IMG/VR virus record: IMGVR_UViG_3300027769_001114
Coordinates: 1 to 64,000 of that record
From: a virus
DNA length: 64,000 bases
Direction: 5' to 3' (one strand)
Shown here one piece after another: positions 8,601-19,000 of this stretch; position 1 is the stretch's first letter; every line of letters begins with the position of its first letter. Position numbers and translations under genes: made by a program. Under the pieces are notes generated by a model. The model made no database searches. It was given only the letters and a program-made list of their open reading frames with translations, and was not told the DNA's origin.

Positions 8601-11600
8601 CGCAAGCCTGTTTGGTGCGGATCTCACCAGTGCGCACATGCCTAATGCGAACTTTGAGGGTGCCGATCTTAGGGACACGAGCATGAATGGTGTCGTCCTA
8701 CTTGACGCCAATATGACCGATGCCAACCTCATGGGTGCCGACCTTTCTGACGCCGTAATGAACAGGGCAAGCTTGAACGGTGCAGATTTGCGCAACGCAA
8801 ACCTCACCAGCGCAGCACTCAGAGAAGCGGATCTTTCCGGTGCGTCCCTCAACAATGCGGATCTTCCCTCCGCCGACCTCCGCAAGGCAAACATGAGCAA
8901 CACCATCATGGAGGGTGCGAACCTGAAGAACGCAAACCTTCGTGAAGCGGATCTCGAGAGTGCCGACATGGCAAATGTCAACTTGAATGGTGCCGACCTT
9001 GAGGGCGCAGATCTGAATAGTGCCAACCTCGAGGGCGCAGATCTACGCGACGCCGATCTAACCAATGCAGACCTCCGTCAGGCGCAACTTGAAAGTGCCG
9101 ACCTCACGGGCGCAAACACGACCGGCACTAAGTTTGACGCAGACTTCAACGCCCCAGACGAGGAGGACGAAGAACTCTTTGACTATGCGGACTTACCAGA
9201 CGGCGAGAAGTGGAAGTCTGTTGGTAGGGCCGCCTACAAGCAACGCATCGCCGACCTCAATAGCATGACCGATACATGGTTTGAGAGCGTTGATGATCGC
9301 GCAGCCATATACGACCTGGGCATTGAGAGAGCCAATGAGGCGATAGCCGAGAGGTTCCAAGAACTGTCCGATGCTGGCCTTGACAACTACGAGATTGGCA
9401 AAGACCCCGTCACCAACGAACTCGTCGAAATCTCTGAGCGCCTAAAGGCAGAGAAGGACGCTCCGCCGACAAACCTTGTATCAAACAAGCCTCAGTCCGA
9501 TGCAGAGAAAATCGTAGACGAGTCTGGCAACCTGGTTGAAGGTGTGAGCCAAGGCAAGGCGAAGAATGTTCTTCAGGCCCTTGAGGCGGAGAACGACCCG
9601 TCCAACGATGAGGCAATCGCCAAGTTGACGAACGCTGCGGCGAAGAGCGAGGCGGAGAATCCAACTTCGATCACACCTTCGTCGCCATTGCCATACAAGA
9701 CATCAAAGGTCATCACCGACGATTCACTCAAGGCAGCCGGCGTTGACCCTGCCGACGCAACGGAACTGATTGAGCCCACCCTTCAGCTTCAGAAGGAGAC
9801 ATTGCGCAACTTCATTAGTGAAGAACTCGGTATCAGTAAACGACTCGGCGACGAGGAGATGAGGGCATATCTTGCCGAGGCATACGACAATCTCGGGGTA
9901 ATAAGCAAGATTCCGGAGGCAAATAAAGAAAACGCCGTACTGAGGGCAAAAGTCAAGACGCACCTACACAACTGGGATGTCCTCACGGGGCAGGGTGCCT
10001 ATTCTGAGAGCAACTCTCCCGGCCTCACCGCCCTTGACAGGTTCAACCACCTCAGCCCCAACGGTCAGCAGTCGTTCTTGAAGGAACTCCAAGGAAAATA
10101 CGAGTCGGATCATCCGGGCGATGAAGCCAAGGTCAAAGAACTCATGGACGGCTTCAAGAAGTTGACAAAGCCGCAGGGCAAGAAGAAGATGATCCCAAAG
10201 GAGACCGTCGAGGAGTTCACCGCCAACGTTGAGAAAGAAGTTGCCGGCCCTACACCTGAACCAAAGCCGACCAAGATTGACGGACCGTCAATGAGCATCG
10301 CTACCATCGGCAATGTCGCAATGCTGTCTCCTGACGAAGCAAGAAGCAAGGGTGTTCCGACGCTCGGAGCCGAGGACGAGTCCAAGTTCCCTGAGGGCTC
10401 AATCGTGGGATACCTTGAACTACCCCCGGGTACGACATTGCGTCAGGCGCAACAACTTGCTCATGACACAACGGGCGAGAAGAACTACCTCCCCAAGGGC
10501 TACAAGAAGGGTGACCTAGAACTTGCGGAGATCACCGCCGCCGACGGTTCAACAACTGCGGTCGTACTCAATACCAGAGTGGACGGGTTCAACGATTGGG
10601 ATCCAGAACAAGTTTTCCCTAATGCCTACGGTGATGATATGCCAGGTGAGTTGTCTAACTGGGGCAACTCTGGTCAACCACTTGAGGATGTAACACCCGA
10701 CGAGTCCTCGCCGTTATATGGCAAGAAAATCATTTCTGCGGACTCGGCAAGCATAAATAACACCAAGCCTTTTGGCCCCGGTGGTCCTCCGAAGACAATG
10801 AATGAAAACTTGATTCAGGCATTTGGCGGGAAACCCTGGGATAGTAGCGAGGAAGCCTTACACGACCTGCTGAGGGAGAAGTTCGGCGATGACGGCGGGG
10901 TGGTCGTGATGTCGCCCGACGGAAACTTCCACGCTATGTCCACAAAGGACTGGGAAGACTCGTTCTCCAAGATGACCGACAGCGAAAAACTCGGACACGA
11001 CCTTGTGACCAAGACCCCGCCGAAGTATGTCTCGTGGGCAACAAGTAGCAAGAATGACAAGCACATAGATGACATCCCGTGGGACGAACTTGATTCCGAC
11101 GCTGCCGACGAAGTGTTGAAGACATTGTTTGAGGAAAAGCAAATCTCAGAACTGAAGGAACTCGGCTTTCAGACCCTTGGCATGTTCAATGTGTTGAACG
11201 CTCAAACTGAGGGACAGAAGCAGAATGTAGTTGAGTTCTTTGATCAAAACACCGCCGCTGCCGAAAAAGACCCTGAACATTCGCTCAATGTAAACGGAGA
11301 CGGCGAGTGGGGACTCTTCTCCGTAAGGGCAAAGGGTTGGAGCGAAAACGGAGACCCAAAGCAGTTTGCAATAGCACTCGGTGGCGAAGACCTCAAGTTT
11401 GCTCTAAAGCATCCCACCTTCTTCGGTCAGCCACTGTGGACATACAGCTCTATGAACTCGGCTGGCGAAAATGTCGGGGAGATCGACGACGCCGGCATGG
11501 CTTCGGAAGCATTGCGCATTGCGGAGAACCCTGCAGACATGTCTTTCGTAGCCAACGGGAACATAACCGGTGACAGGCTCGCCTCCATTGTTCAGGAGTG

Positions 11601-14600
11601 GGAGAACAAACTTTTCAAGAACGCAGAGTACAACCCTGATCATGCGTCCAAGGCGATGCAGGACGCCGAGAAACGACTTGCCGACATGAACGCAATCCTC
11701 AAGGATGCGATCGGAGATCAAGATCCAAAGAAGATGACGATTGCTGAACTCAAGAAAGCACTCGCTAGTAAGACCACCAGCCCAGACACCTTTATCGGAA
11801 AGATGATGGAGACCGCCGTCAGGCTTGACGTGACAAAGAAGTTCATGGCAACACGGATGATGGCACAGCAGGACGCACTTGAGATTGAGCAGGAACTCAA
11901 GGAGATGCTTGATAAGAACCCCAAGAGCATCGGCGACATACTGAAACGCGACACGCAACTCAAAATGGAGATGCAGGTGGCCTCGGAAGATCTGTCGAAA
12001 GCCGTGGCGGCACTTGAAAGTGCAACCACAGGGAACGATATCAAAGAGGCGTACGACCAAGTCAATGATGCCAAGGCACGACTTAGGGCGGCCTATGCCA
12101 CGACGAAGGTCTATGGCGATGTGACCGAGTCGCACAAGAAGAAGTTCACTACCGTGTTTGCCGGTGGCGAGCAGTATGACTTGAAGAAGTCCTCGGTGAT
12201 ATCCGAGAACGCACCGACGATTGAGAAAGCTAGCGAGATCGCCGCGGCAATCGCCCCGATCATGCCTAGTGGAACGAGCGTCGGCATATTCAAGGATGAC
12301 ATTGGTGGCTACACCCTCGTCAAGATGGATGACGCAATCCAGGAGGGTATGCCGGCACCGCAGGCGATCTTCTCCAGTTCCGGGGTCGGCGGGATTCCTG
12401 TCGTTGACTCAACGGAGTTAATGAACCTCACCACCGCGCCTCACATGCCGAAACTGGCGGAGGGCTATCAGGGCACGACAAACCTCGGGGTCAACTCGGT
12501 GGACGGCAAGGCAATCGGACAGTTCGTCCCGACGCCGTTGTCAGCCGACTCCTCGCCCATTGACGAGAACCATCCATTGGTCAAAGAGTGGTCGCAGAAG
12601 ATTGCCGACGGCGCAAGCCTTGCCGATGTCCCCAACGAACTCCTCAAGGAGAGCATCTGGGCAAACACCGAAGGTGGCGGTGGCGGAAGTGGTCGATTCA
12701 AGTTATTGTCCAAAGCTTCCGGGTTCAACGACCACGGTAAAGGCCCCAAGGATCAGACACAACGTTTCCTCGATACGACGACAGGTCAGACATTCGTCAT
12801 CAAGTCAGCAACGAGGAACGACCAAGAAGGCGTCCGAGAGTTGTTTGGCAATCAGGTCATGCAGATGTTGGGCTTCCCATCATCTGGTGGCCGTACTGCT
12901 GGCGTCGTTGACAAATCGCCGAACAAGTTCCCCAGTTTCCACCCTGAGTATGACGCAGAGGCAGATCAAGTTCCGATCCTCATTGAGTCCTCCGAAATGC
13001 TCTATGACGGCAAGCCACTTGGTCATATCCGCAACATGCCGTCTGCTCAGCAGAACGACATCATCGCCAGGTTGACCCCCGAGTCTGTCGCTACCGGCGT
13101 CGTTATGGATTCGTTGTTCAGGTACTACGACCGTCAGGGCGATAACTGGATTGCGGTTGAACTCCCGGACGGATCAGTTGCCTATCACCCGATCGACCAC
13201 GGTAACGCCTTCGGCCCATTCAAGGGACATAAGTTCTACGACAAGGATGGCAAGAAGGTCAGTAAGGGTAAGGACTCGCCAGCGGACGAGGACGAACTTG
13301 GCTTCATGTTCAGCGGTCTTGACGGAGAAGGCGCATGGAAGACTGCCAAGCAGTCAATGAATACCCCGGAACGCAGGCAGATGTTTGCCGAAGCGACCAT
13401 CAACGCCGTTAGGCGCGCTGAGTCCGTTGACTACGCAGGCGAGGCGGAGAAACTCATCCAAGGACAAAACCTTGGGGGCAAACTTGCTGGCAGGGCGCGC
13501 ACCTCGGCTCAGGCTCTTGAGGAGAAGAAGGGCAGGCTTGACTCATATGTCGACCCCATGCTCAGGGAACTCGGCATGACCGACGACGAGATCGCCGCCG
13601 TCAGGGCAAAGGTTGACGCAGAACTTGGACAGGGTGTCATGAAGGCATCACAAGCACCGAAGACACTCGCACCGCAGGCCGCGGCTCCGAAACTATATTC
13701 TCCGACACCGATTGAGGGTGAAGAAGCATTTGGCAACGCACCCGCTGCGGGAGGCAAGACGGTAACACTCGCCATCGGACAGTCCTTGGTTGACCCGTCC
13801 TCAATCCACTACACCACGGTGGGAATGAGTGGCGGACAGACCAAGGAAGGCGTCAGGTTCGTGGCTTTCCCGCAGACTGGCGAGGGTAAGTCACCAGTCG
13901 TCTCCATGTCCACCAGGCTTGACTTCGAGACATCTAAGTCAATCGGACAGGCACTCGCATCCGGCGTTGACGCTCAAGGCAACATGGTGAAGATACTCGA
14001 GATGGGCTCAGGCCACAAGGCGTATCAGAACAGCGGTGGCAAATGGAATATCGGACCAAACGGAAACCCAATCACAGAGGCGGCGTCCTTTGACGGGAAG
14101 TATGTCATGGCACAGATGCCCGATGGTGCGATCGTCCTGGTCAACTACGACACGAAGGAGACTGGGGATAACTATTCCTCAAGGGGACTCACCTCGGTGT
14201 TTTACCCGGACAATAAGCCCGACGCAGCGAAAGTTGCATCAACCCTCTCTTCACTTGGCGTCTCGGACATTGGCTATGTGAACGACGACGGTTGGAAGAT
14301 GAGGGCTGCCGGGATGCTCGCCAGAACTTTTGACAAGGAGCTTCTCAACAGCGAGGACAGCATGGCCGTCAGGTTGGCGCGGGTGGCGTCAGAAAAAGGC
14401 CTAACGGTCAACGACCTTGAGCCGTACCACGACAGCATGGGCAGGCTCAGGTTCAGGCTGACCGACGAGGGCTACAAGACATTGCTTGAGAAACACCCCA
14501 AACTGGCGGAGACCACACACTTTGCCAAGAGCATGGGCACTTACACCGACGGATCAAACGTCGTCAGGCTCATTAAGTCCGGCGGACAAATATCAAAGTC

Positions 14601-15243
14601 TGAGCAGGTGATGAGTGGTAGTGGACTCAGTGGAGGCGCAGCCCAAGGCTCGGGTGGGTACGGAGCGTCGCCGATGACTGACCTTATGTCTGGCGGTGGT
14701 GACGGACTATTCATGTCGGCCTTTGCTGGTGGCTCGGCAGGACTCGGCAGCGCAGGCGGTCAGCACATAAATGCAACATTCTGGGGAACTGGCAAGGACA
14801 CCTTTGTCGTCCTTGACGCAGAGCAACAGATGAGGGACATTGGTTGGTGGGCGCACGGACCTAACGACGGTCCCTACGGCGCACTTAACCCGACGAGTTC
14901 AAACGGCTTGACAGCAAAAAATATGGGGTCAACCGATCCGATCAGCCTCTTGGAGAACGGCAAGGTCTTTGAGTTCATGGGCAACGGAACTACGCCGATG
15001 GAACACATTTCGTTCGTCATCCTTCCGCCAGGACCAAGAATCCAGGCAATAGCAAAGTTGAAGGCGGACGGAATCACGGAGATCAACGGCAAACCAATCG
15101 AGGAGTTCATTGTCAGTTCCAAGGCCGGCTCCAAGGTGAGGGCAGCACTCGGACCCACATGGACGAAGAGCAAGTTCGGCTCTATCGCAACGCCAAAGAA
15201 AGCCTCGCCCGCAGAACTTGCCGCAGAAGGCACAACGGTCTAA
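5662..15243 (+). CDS. 3193-aa giant polyvalent protein (DADGD motif, novel repeats, pentapeptide repeats, HipA/PI3K-like kinase, C-terminal ART-like domain)
   Basis: Uninterrupted 9.6-kb ORF. A(D/N)Lxx repeats; FVIK..RELFG..YDRQGDN..PIDHGNAF kinase motifs; C-terminal ..LIKSGGQIS..DLMSGGGDGLF..FEFM..EINGKPIEEFI. Confidence 0.85.
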   Translation: MQKSRVEFSVLTRKAAIDASSVALGVRMASRLSTGRTTAFSHSTKGVPFVQTEQIQYEFRQPNDRVHYARLEGLTKSANDQAIKAKSLSLSSGPDIILWPEQDGSFDFKKLASIGKRGRAAAQGYDPDADDADGDMLVQDGTPWERPKTPKISKRGQRKPGKTRVAVASGLENVADRVDQAASKRRSRRQERGPLKERIAGRLEGAAERIDKRRSGKPGKPDGEPLEKPKRSRAGLRERFGDYVLGDQREKPSKDKPSKEPDTTPDTAPDAEPDLELEDFAPPDPSTAKPKTPVEDITATATATEKLPGKVIGKPEDDRAFAMVAARNSSLAKPNLKEGDDNKPQNLHVVKNDEGKFVVVDDERLKAMEGVTPVATFNDGKVTSLDGEQKKANNKKASNEKIDTAPGWGRQETNRSSAEDSISNIDNTSYYGPAGAKGGSKKFQDGEAAHLIESSDGKYYLVDEEKLQALGVEPIKSYRAGEGEFVYASEKPPKVTPSKPKEDIAVGQIPGEGPMEKPSLPDVSADAKKKKPKKSKLDGKQDGKYQKEITAYVRANKLSSEDGKDRYVVDAPGGGYAIVDKERLDAMGVEPLSTHSKGKGSSKRNALEADAPEAEKPKKPSVTTTQPPEPETEKDSVPEWLKPKPEEPEPEKPEFPAWLKPKDPEAEKPEVEKPEAPEAKKPKEVAPAKKLTAKKTPKQSIQYLNQEVDKAQKLYDAGDKEGATAYAKQSMANIDEARKEGLLRANEYTAESFMAQIDELRWHADGHPGLEDDTEPETPAALETPKDQVPSQLSAKPYNDLNSLIEKAKKDKDPGSFDDADALVNEMIKVRAKELMKSGLWPKDYGNDSIYAGLTKQRDDIASLREEVASAAGYGTTKPEAKKPKKPAKITPGMNLSGLDLTEYVLNDGGIELKGRDLSNTNLSGLDLSNMNMTGANLRGANLTNTSLEGVDLTDADLTGAVLDGAAMRNAELGGANFAGASLFGADLTSAHMPNANFEGADLRDTSMNGVVLLDANMTDANLMGADLSDAVMNRASLNGADLRNANLTSAALREADLSGASLNNADLPSADLRKANMSNTIMEGANLKNANLREADLESADMANVNLNGADLEGADLNSANLEGADLRDADLTNADLRQAQLESADLTGANTTGTKFDADFNAPDEEDEELFDYADLPDGEKWKSVGRAAYKQRIADLNSMTDTWFESVDDRAAIYDLGIERANEAIAERFQELSDAGLDNYEIGKDPVTNELVEISERLKAEKDAPPTNLVSNKPQSDAEKIVDESGNLVEGVSQGKAKNVLQALEAENDPSNDEAIAKLTNAAAKSEAENPTSITPSSPLPYKTSKVITDDSLKAAGVDPADATELIEPTLQLQKETLRNFISEELGISKRLGDEEMRAYLAEAYDNLGVISKIPEANKENAVLRAKVKTHLHNWDVLTGQGAYSESNSPGLTALDRFNHLSPNGQQSFLKELQGKYESDHPGDEAKVKELMDGFKKLTKPQGKKKMIPKETVEEFTANVEKEVAGPTPEPKPTKIDGPSMSIATIGNVAMLSPDEARSKGVPTLGAEDESKFPEGSIVGYLELPPGTTLRQAQQLAHDTTGEKNYLPKGYKKGDLELAEITAADGSTTAVVLNTRVDGFNDWDPEQVFPNAYGDDMPGELSNWGNSGQPLEDVTPDESSPLYGKKIISADSASINNTKPFGPGGPPKTMNENLIQAFGGKPWDSSEEALHDLLREKFGDDGGVVVMSPDGNFHAMSTKDWEDSFSKMTDSEKLGHDLVTKTPPKYVSWATSSKNDKHIDDIPWDELDSDAADEVLKTLFEEKQISELKELGFQTLGMFNVLNAQTEGQKQNVVEFFDQNTAAAEKDPEHSLNVNGDGEWGLFSVRAKGWSENGDPKQFAIALGGEDLKFALKHPTFFGQPLWTYSSMNSAGENVGEIDDAGMASEALRIAENPADMSFVANGNITGDRLASIVQEWENKLFKNAEYNPDHASKAMQDAEKRLADMNAILKDAIGDQDPKKMTIAELKKALASKTTSPDTFIGKMMETAVRLDVTKKFMATRMMAQQDALEIEQELKEMLDKNPKSIGDILKRDTQLKMEMQVASEDLSKAVAALESATTGNDIKEAYDQVNDAKARLRAAYATTKVYGDVTESHKKKFTTVFAGGEQYDLKKSSVISENAPTIEKASEIAAAIAPIMPSGTSVGIFKDDIGGYTLVKMDDAIQEGMPAPQAIFSSSGVGGIPVVDSTELMNLTTAPHMPKLAEGYQGTTNLGVNSVDGKAIGQFVPTPLSADSSPIDENHPLVKEWSQKIADGASLADVPNELLKESIWANTEGGGGGSGRFKLLSKASGFNDHGKGPKDQTQRFLDTTTGQTFVIKSATRNDQEGVRELFGNQVMQMLGFPSSGGRTAGVVDKSPNKFPSFHPEYDAEADQVPILIESSEMLYDGKPLGHIRNMPSAQQNDIIARLTPESVATGVVMDSLFRYYDRQGDNWIAVELPDGSVAYHPIDHGNAFGPFKGHKFYDKDGKKVSKGKDSPADEDELGFMFSGLDGEGAWKTAKQSMNTPERRQMFAEATINAVRRAESVDYAGEAEKLIQGQNLGGKLAGRARTSAQALEEKKGRLDSYVDPMLRELGMTDDEIAAVRAKVDAELGQGVMKASQAPKTLAPQAAAPKLYSPTPIEGEEAFGNAPAAGGKTVTLAIGQSLVDPSSIHYTTVGMSGGQTKEGVRFVAFPQTGEGKSPVVSMSTRLDFETSKSIGQALASGVDAQGNMVKILEMGSGHKAYQNSGGKWNIGPNGNPITEAASFDGKYVMAQMPDGAIVLVNYDTKETGDNYSSRGLTSVFYPDNKPDAAKVASTLSSLGVSDIGYVNDDGWKMRAAGMLARTFDKELLNSEDSMAVRLARVASEKGLTVNDLEPYHDSMGRLRFRLTDEGYKTLLEKHPKLAETTHFAKSMGTYTDGSNVVRLIKSGGQISKSEQVMSGSGLSGGAAQGSGGYGASPMTDLMSGGGDGLFMSAFAGGSAGLGSAGGQHINATFWGTGKDTFVVLDAEQQMRDIGWWAHGPNDGPYGALNPTSSNGLTAKNMGSTDPISLLENGKVFEFMGNGTTPMEHISFVILPPGPRIQAIAKLKADGITEINGKPIEEFIVSSKAGSKVRAALGPTWTKSKFGSIATPKKASPAELAAEGTTV
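8330..9150 (+). repeat. pentapeptide-repeat (right-handed beta-helix) coding block, roughly 50 units
   Basis: ANLRG ANLTN TSLEG VDLTD ADLTG ... ADLTG ANTTG, with 15-nt periodicity. Confidence 0.9.
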
Positions 15244-15269
15244 GTCATGGACGCGGGTAGGTTATTCAC

Positions 15270-15716
15270 ATGAAGACGAAGAAGACACTCAACTTCACCG
15301 AGATACTCAATCAGTATCAGTCTGTCGCCCCTGCACCGGCCGATGTCAGGCAGATGCCGGGCGACGAAGAGGACTCGACGGGTATCGTTGTTATGTGGGA
15401 CACCAATCACCCCATGGCTTCCTACTACCTTGATGACCCCTCAACAAAATATGTCATTCCATCTGCTGAGATCGTCGGCGACGACAATGATGCGTGGATA
15501 GAAGCCTCAATGCTGACGACAGGTGTATTCGCACCCATGAGACCTGCCTCCATTACAAAGACAAAAGAGGGTCTGATCTTATTCATGACCCTTGATCGGG
15601 CCGCCGACATAGCCGTAAGGCCGTTGACCGTAGAGGACTCACAGTGGGTGAAGGGCGGGCCTTCTAAGTCAATGCGGGAACTCATCAACTACATAGCCGA
15701 ACAGGACACATTGTGA
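15270..15716 (+). CDS. hypothetical protein, candidate immunity protein of the giant ORF
   Basis: TAGGTT box 6 nt before the ATG (leaderless layout); directly follows the giant ORF. Confidence 0.7.
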   Translation: MKTKKTLNFTEILNQYQSVAPAPADVRQMPGDEEDSTGIVVMWDTNHPMASYYLDDPSTKYVIPSAEIVGDDNDAWIEASMLTTGVFAPMRPASITKTKEGLILFMTLDRAADIAVRPLTVEDSQWVKGGPSKSMRELINYIAEQDTL

Positions 15717-16015
15717 CCGACTCCGCCGCCTATATCTACAGCAGGGACATTGACGCTGCCGACACGCCGATCGCACTCATCGTCTTGGAAAGTGGTGTCC
15801 TCAGGTTCTACGCACCCGAGGGTTCGCCGATGTCCAAAAAGGCTAAGTCGCTCACGGCAAACGCAATGCAACTTGATGCAGAAGAAGCACGGGACTACTT
15901 CGATACCTATGTTGACAGGTGGAATGGGCAGAGTATGCACGCCACGGTCGTCGCACTAACCGGCGCAAATGCTAGGAAGGTCGAAGCCACAAAGGCCAAG
16001 TGGAGGAAGGCATGA
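15713..16015 (+). CDS. hypothetical protein, second candidate immunity/partner
   Basis: GTGA overlap with the upstream gene and ATGA overlap with the downstream gene. Confidence 0.7.
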   Translation: MTDSAAYIYSRDIDAADTPIALIVLESGVLRFYAPEGSPMSKKAKSLTANAMQLDAEEARDYFDTYVDRWNGQSMHATVVALTGANARKVEATKAKWRKA

Positions 16016-19000
16016 GTGCCAAAGAGCCGTTGCGTGATCCAGACGGCGGGCTGACCGCGGCTGGACGTAGGCACTTCAGGGAGACCGAGGGCGCAAACCT
16101 CCGCCCCGGCGTGAGGGGAGCAGCCAACACGCCGACGAAGATGCGTCGCAAAGGTTCGTTCCTCACGAGGTTCTTTACCAACCCTTCAGGACCAATGGTC
16201 GACGACAACGGAAAACCCACACGCCTTGCTTTATCGGCAAGGGCATGGGGCGAACCTGTGCCAAAGAATATGGACGATGCCGCCAAACTCGCGGCCAAGG
16301 GACGACGTCTTCTTGAGAGGTACGCCAACGAGAAAGAGAAACAAGGCATCAAAGCCGCAAACGGCAAGAAGAAGAAGAACGCCACTAGGGAAGAGGCACT
16401 CGCCGTTGCGAAGATGATGGGTTGCGACACCGTGCATGAAGTTGATGGTGGCTGGATGCCGTGTTCATCCTCTGAAGAAATGCAACGCATATCAAAGTTA
16501 GCCGAGGACGACTCATGGCTCAATAAGCCAATCTCCGGCAAGGAGATGGTCTCAGCATCGGGCAGGAAGAGAAAACGAAGGGTGCGTCGATGGGAGAATC
16601 TTGCCCAACGTTCCTACGGAATGACGGGTGTTCCCGGTGTCGGTATCGTCTCTGCGTCACCGGCAAAACCAGTAGGCCCCATGGGTGACTCCTACGCTTC
16701 AGGACCGTCCGGTGTAATAACCCTCACCGCAGAGGGTAAGGGTCTACAGGCGTTCACCCCAGAGGTCGGCGATCCTGATGTATTCACCTCTCCCGACGCA
16801 GCAAGGATGCGTGCAAGGCAGGTTGGCTGTACCGGGATTAGGCGTTACACCACAAGGTCTGGTGTCAATGTCTGGATGCCATGCACGACCGGTGTCACTT
16901 TTGATAGGACGATGGGCTATGGCGCGTACTCAAGATCCGGCAGCAGGCTTGAGGCAGCGAGGATAGAACGCGAGGTGCGCAGGCAACTGCGTGTAGCGGG
17001 ACACCCGAACAAGAAGTCGGCAAAACGATTAGCGGCAACGCCAGCAAAACCATCGGAACGCGTCCGTGGTTCTTCGTCCAATGCGGAGGATTCTGCATCA
17101 TCCATTCGTAAGGCGTCCGATATTTCATTGTCGCCCGAGCAAGAAAAAGCCCTCGTGGTCAAGTCTCGCGAGCACAACGTTGCAATGAAAAAAGCCGGGA
17201 AACCAAAGTGGTCATACACATCATCGCCAGCCTTGAAGGCCGTGATGAGGCGAGGTATGGGAGCGTTCAGTTCGTCCCATCGACCCGATGTTTCGTCTCG
17301 TCAACAATGGGGCATGGGTAGGGTCAACGCCTTCCTTGTGATACTTGAAAAGGGCGCACCCAAGAACCGAAAGTACACGACCGACAACGACCTCCTTCCT
17401 GCGGGACACCCATGGAAGCGCACGGGGACAAGTGCCGCAAAGGCTGCTCAACCGGTGGACGCCGACCGCGACGGTTGGATTGACGAGGGCAAGCCAACGA
17501 GGCGTTTCGTTGGCATTAGTGCCGTCAGGGACGCAGTTCGTTCGGGTGTTGGTCGAGGAAGAGACATATTCGGTAGAGGCGGTTCCAGGAGGCAGGACAG
17601 GTCAATCCGAGTTTCTGCCGGTGAGGGCGCACTCGGCAGGGCCAGGTCACGAAGGATTGCTAGTGATATGCAATCTGCGGTAGAACAGATTGCTGATGGC
17701 GGCAAGGCACCCAAGAAAATCAAGCCAAAGAAGACAGCAAGTGTGCCTGAGAGAATCTCATCAGACAGACTCAGGAAACTCAAGCCTCAGAGGATCAACC
17801 ACTCGTCATTGGTGAATACGCAGAAGGCGTATCCTCACGCTCCAAAGATTGAGGGCGAGTTCTCTCCAAGGACAATGGACGAACTAGGACGCGCCAAGAA
17901 TGGCGGGATCAAGAGCACGTTTGACCACTTTGGGATTGGTTCGGGTGAAATCCCGGCAGAACGTAGAGCCCTACACGAGGCAATCATCAACTCAATCATC
18001 TACGGCAACGGCAAGTGGTCGCCAAAGAAACAAGAGAACCCCGCGGCATGGATTATGGGTGGCGGACCTGCCTCTGGGAAGACCTTCCTCAGGCAGGGCG
18101 GCTTCTTTGACACTCCATCACGAGGCGACGCCGTCCACCTAGACGCCGACGAGATCAAGCATATGATCCCCGAGTTTGACTCATTGGTCAAGGAGCTTAC
18201 TGATGCGGGCATGGACCCGACTCAGGCGGCCTCTGCGGTTCATTCCGAGTCAACATATATCCAGAGGCAAGCCATAGCAAGGGCTGCTTCTGAGGGCTTT
18301 CATGTCGTCGTTGACTCAACCGGAGATGGCGGCCCAAAGTCTTTCCATAGCAAGATTGACGCACTCCGAGCCGCCGGTTACAAAATGAAGGGGAGGTTTG
18401 CCGATGTCTCAATCGGCAAGGCACTCGCCGACGCAAAGGCTAGGCAAAAAGAAGAGAAACGTGGTGTCCCGGATGACATCCTCGTTGACACGCATATTGA
18501 CGTTGCCCGTGCCGTTTTGTACTCACTGGAGAACGGTCTGTTTGACGACTTTGAGCTCGTAAACAACGAGAACCACAACTCGCCGATCACTATCGCAGCT
18601 TTTAAGGACGGCGTACTAGCCGTTCACGACACCAAGAAGTGGTCGGAGTTCGTTGGTAAAGCAAGACTTGCCTTCAAGAACGATTACAAAGAGGACTACT
18701 TTGACGACATCAAGAAGGGTGCGGGCAGGACTCGCAACAAGGCCGAGAGGGCAACTGCGCGCAAGGTCAAGAGGAAAGAGGTTGAGGGCGTCGAGACCAT
18801 AACAGCAGAACCCGTTCGTTCGCTGGCCGAGGCACTCAAGGACTCAGGTATTGACTTTACTAAAGTGAAGGCAGTTCCCGCCGAGAAACGCGTAGAGATT
18901 GCTCAGGCATACAACGGATTGCCCGAGAGGTCTCCCGAGGCGAAGGAGGCATACGACGCCCTTCAGGCGGAGATTGAGGAACACTTCAGGATGCTGACCG

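Noticed and set aside
8280-9065. 261-aa antisense ORF with SAP/RSA repeats
   Set aside because: It is the mirror of the pentapeptide repeat on the coding strand.
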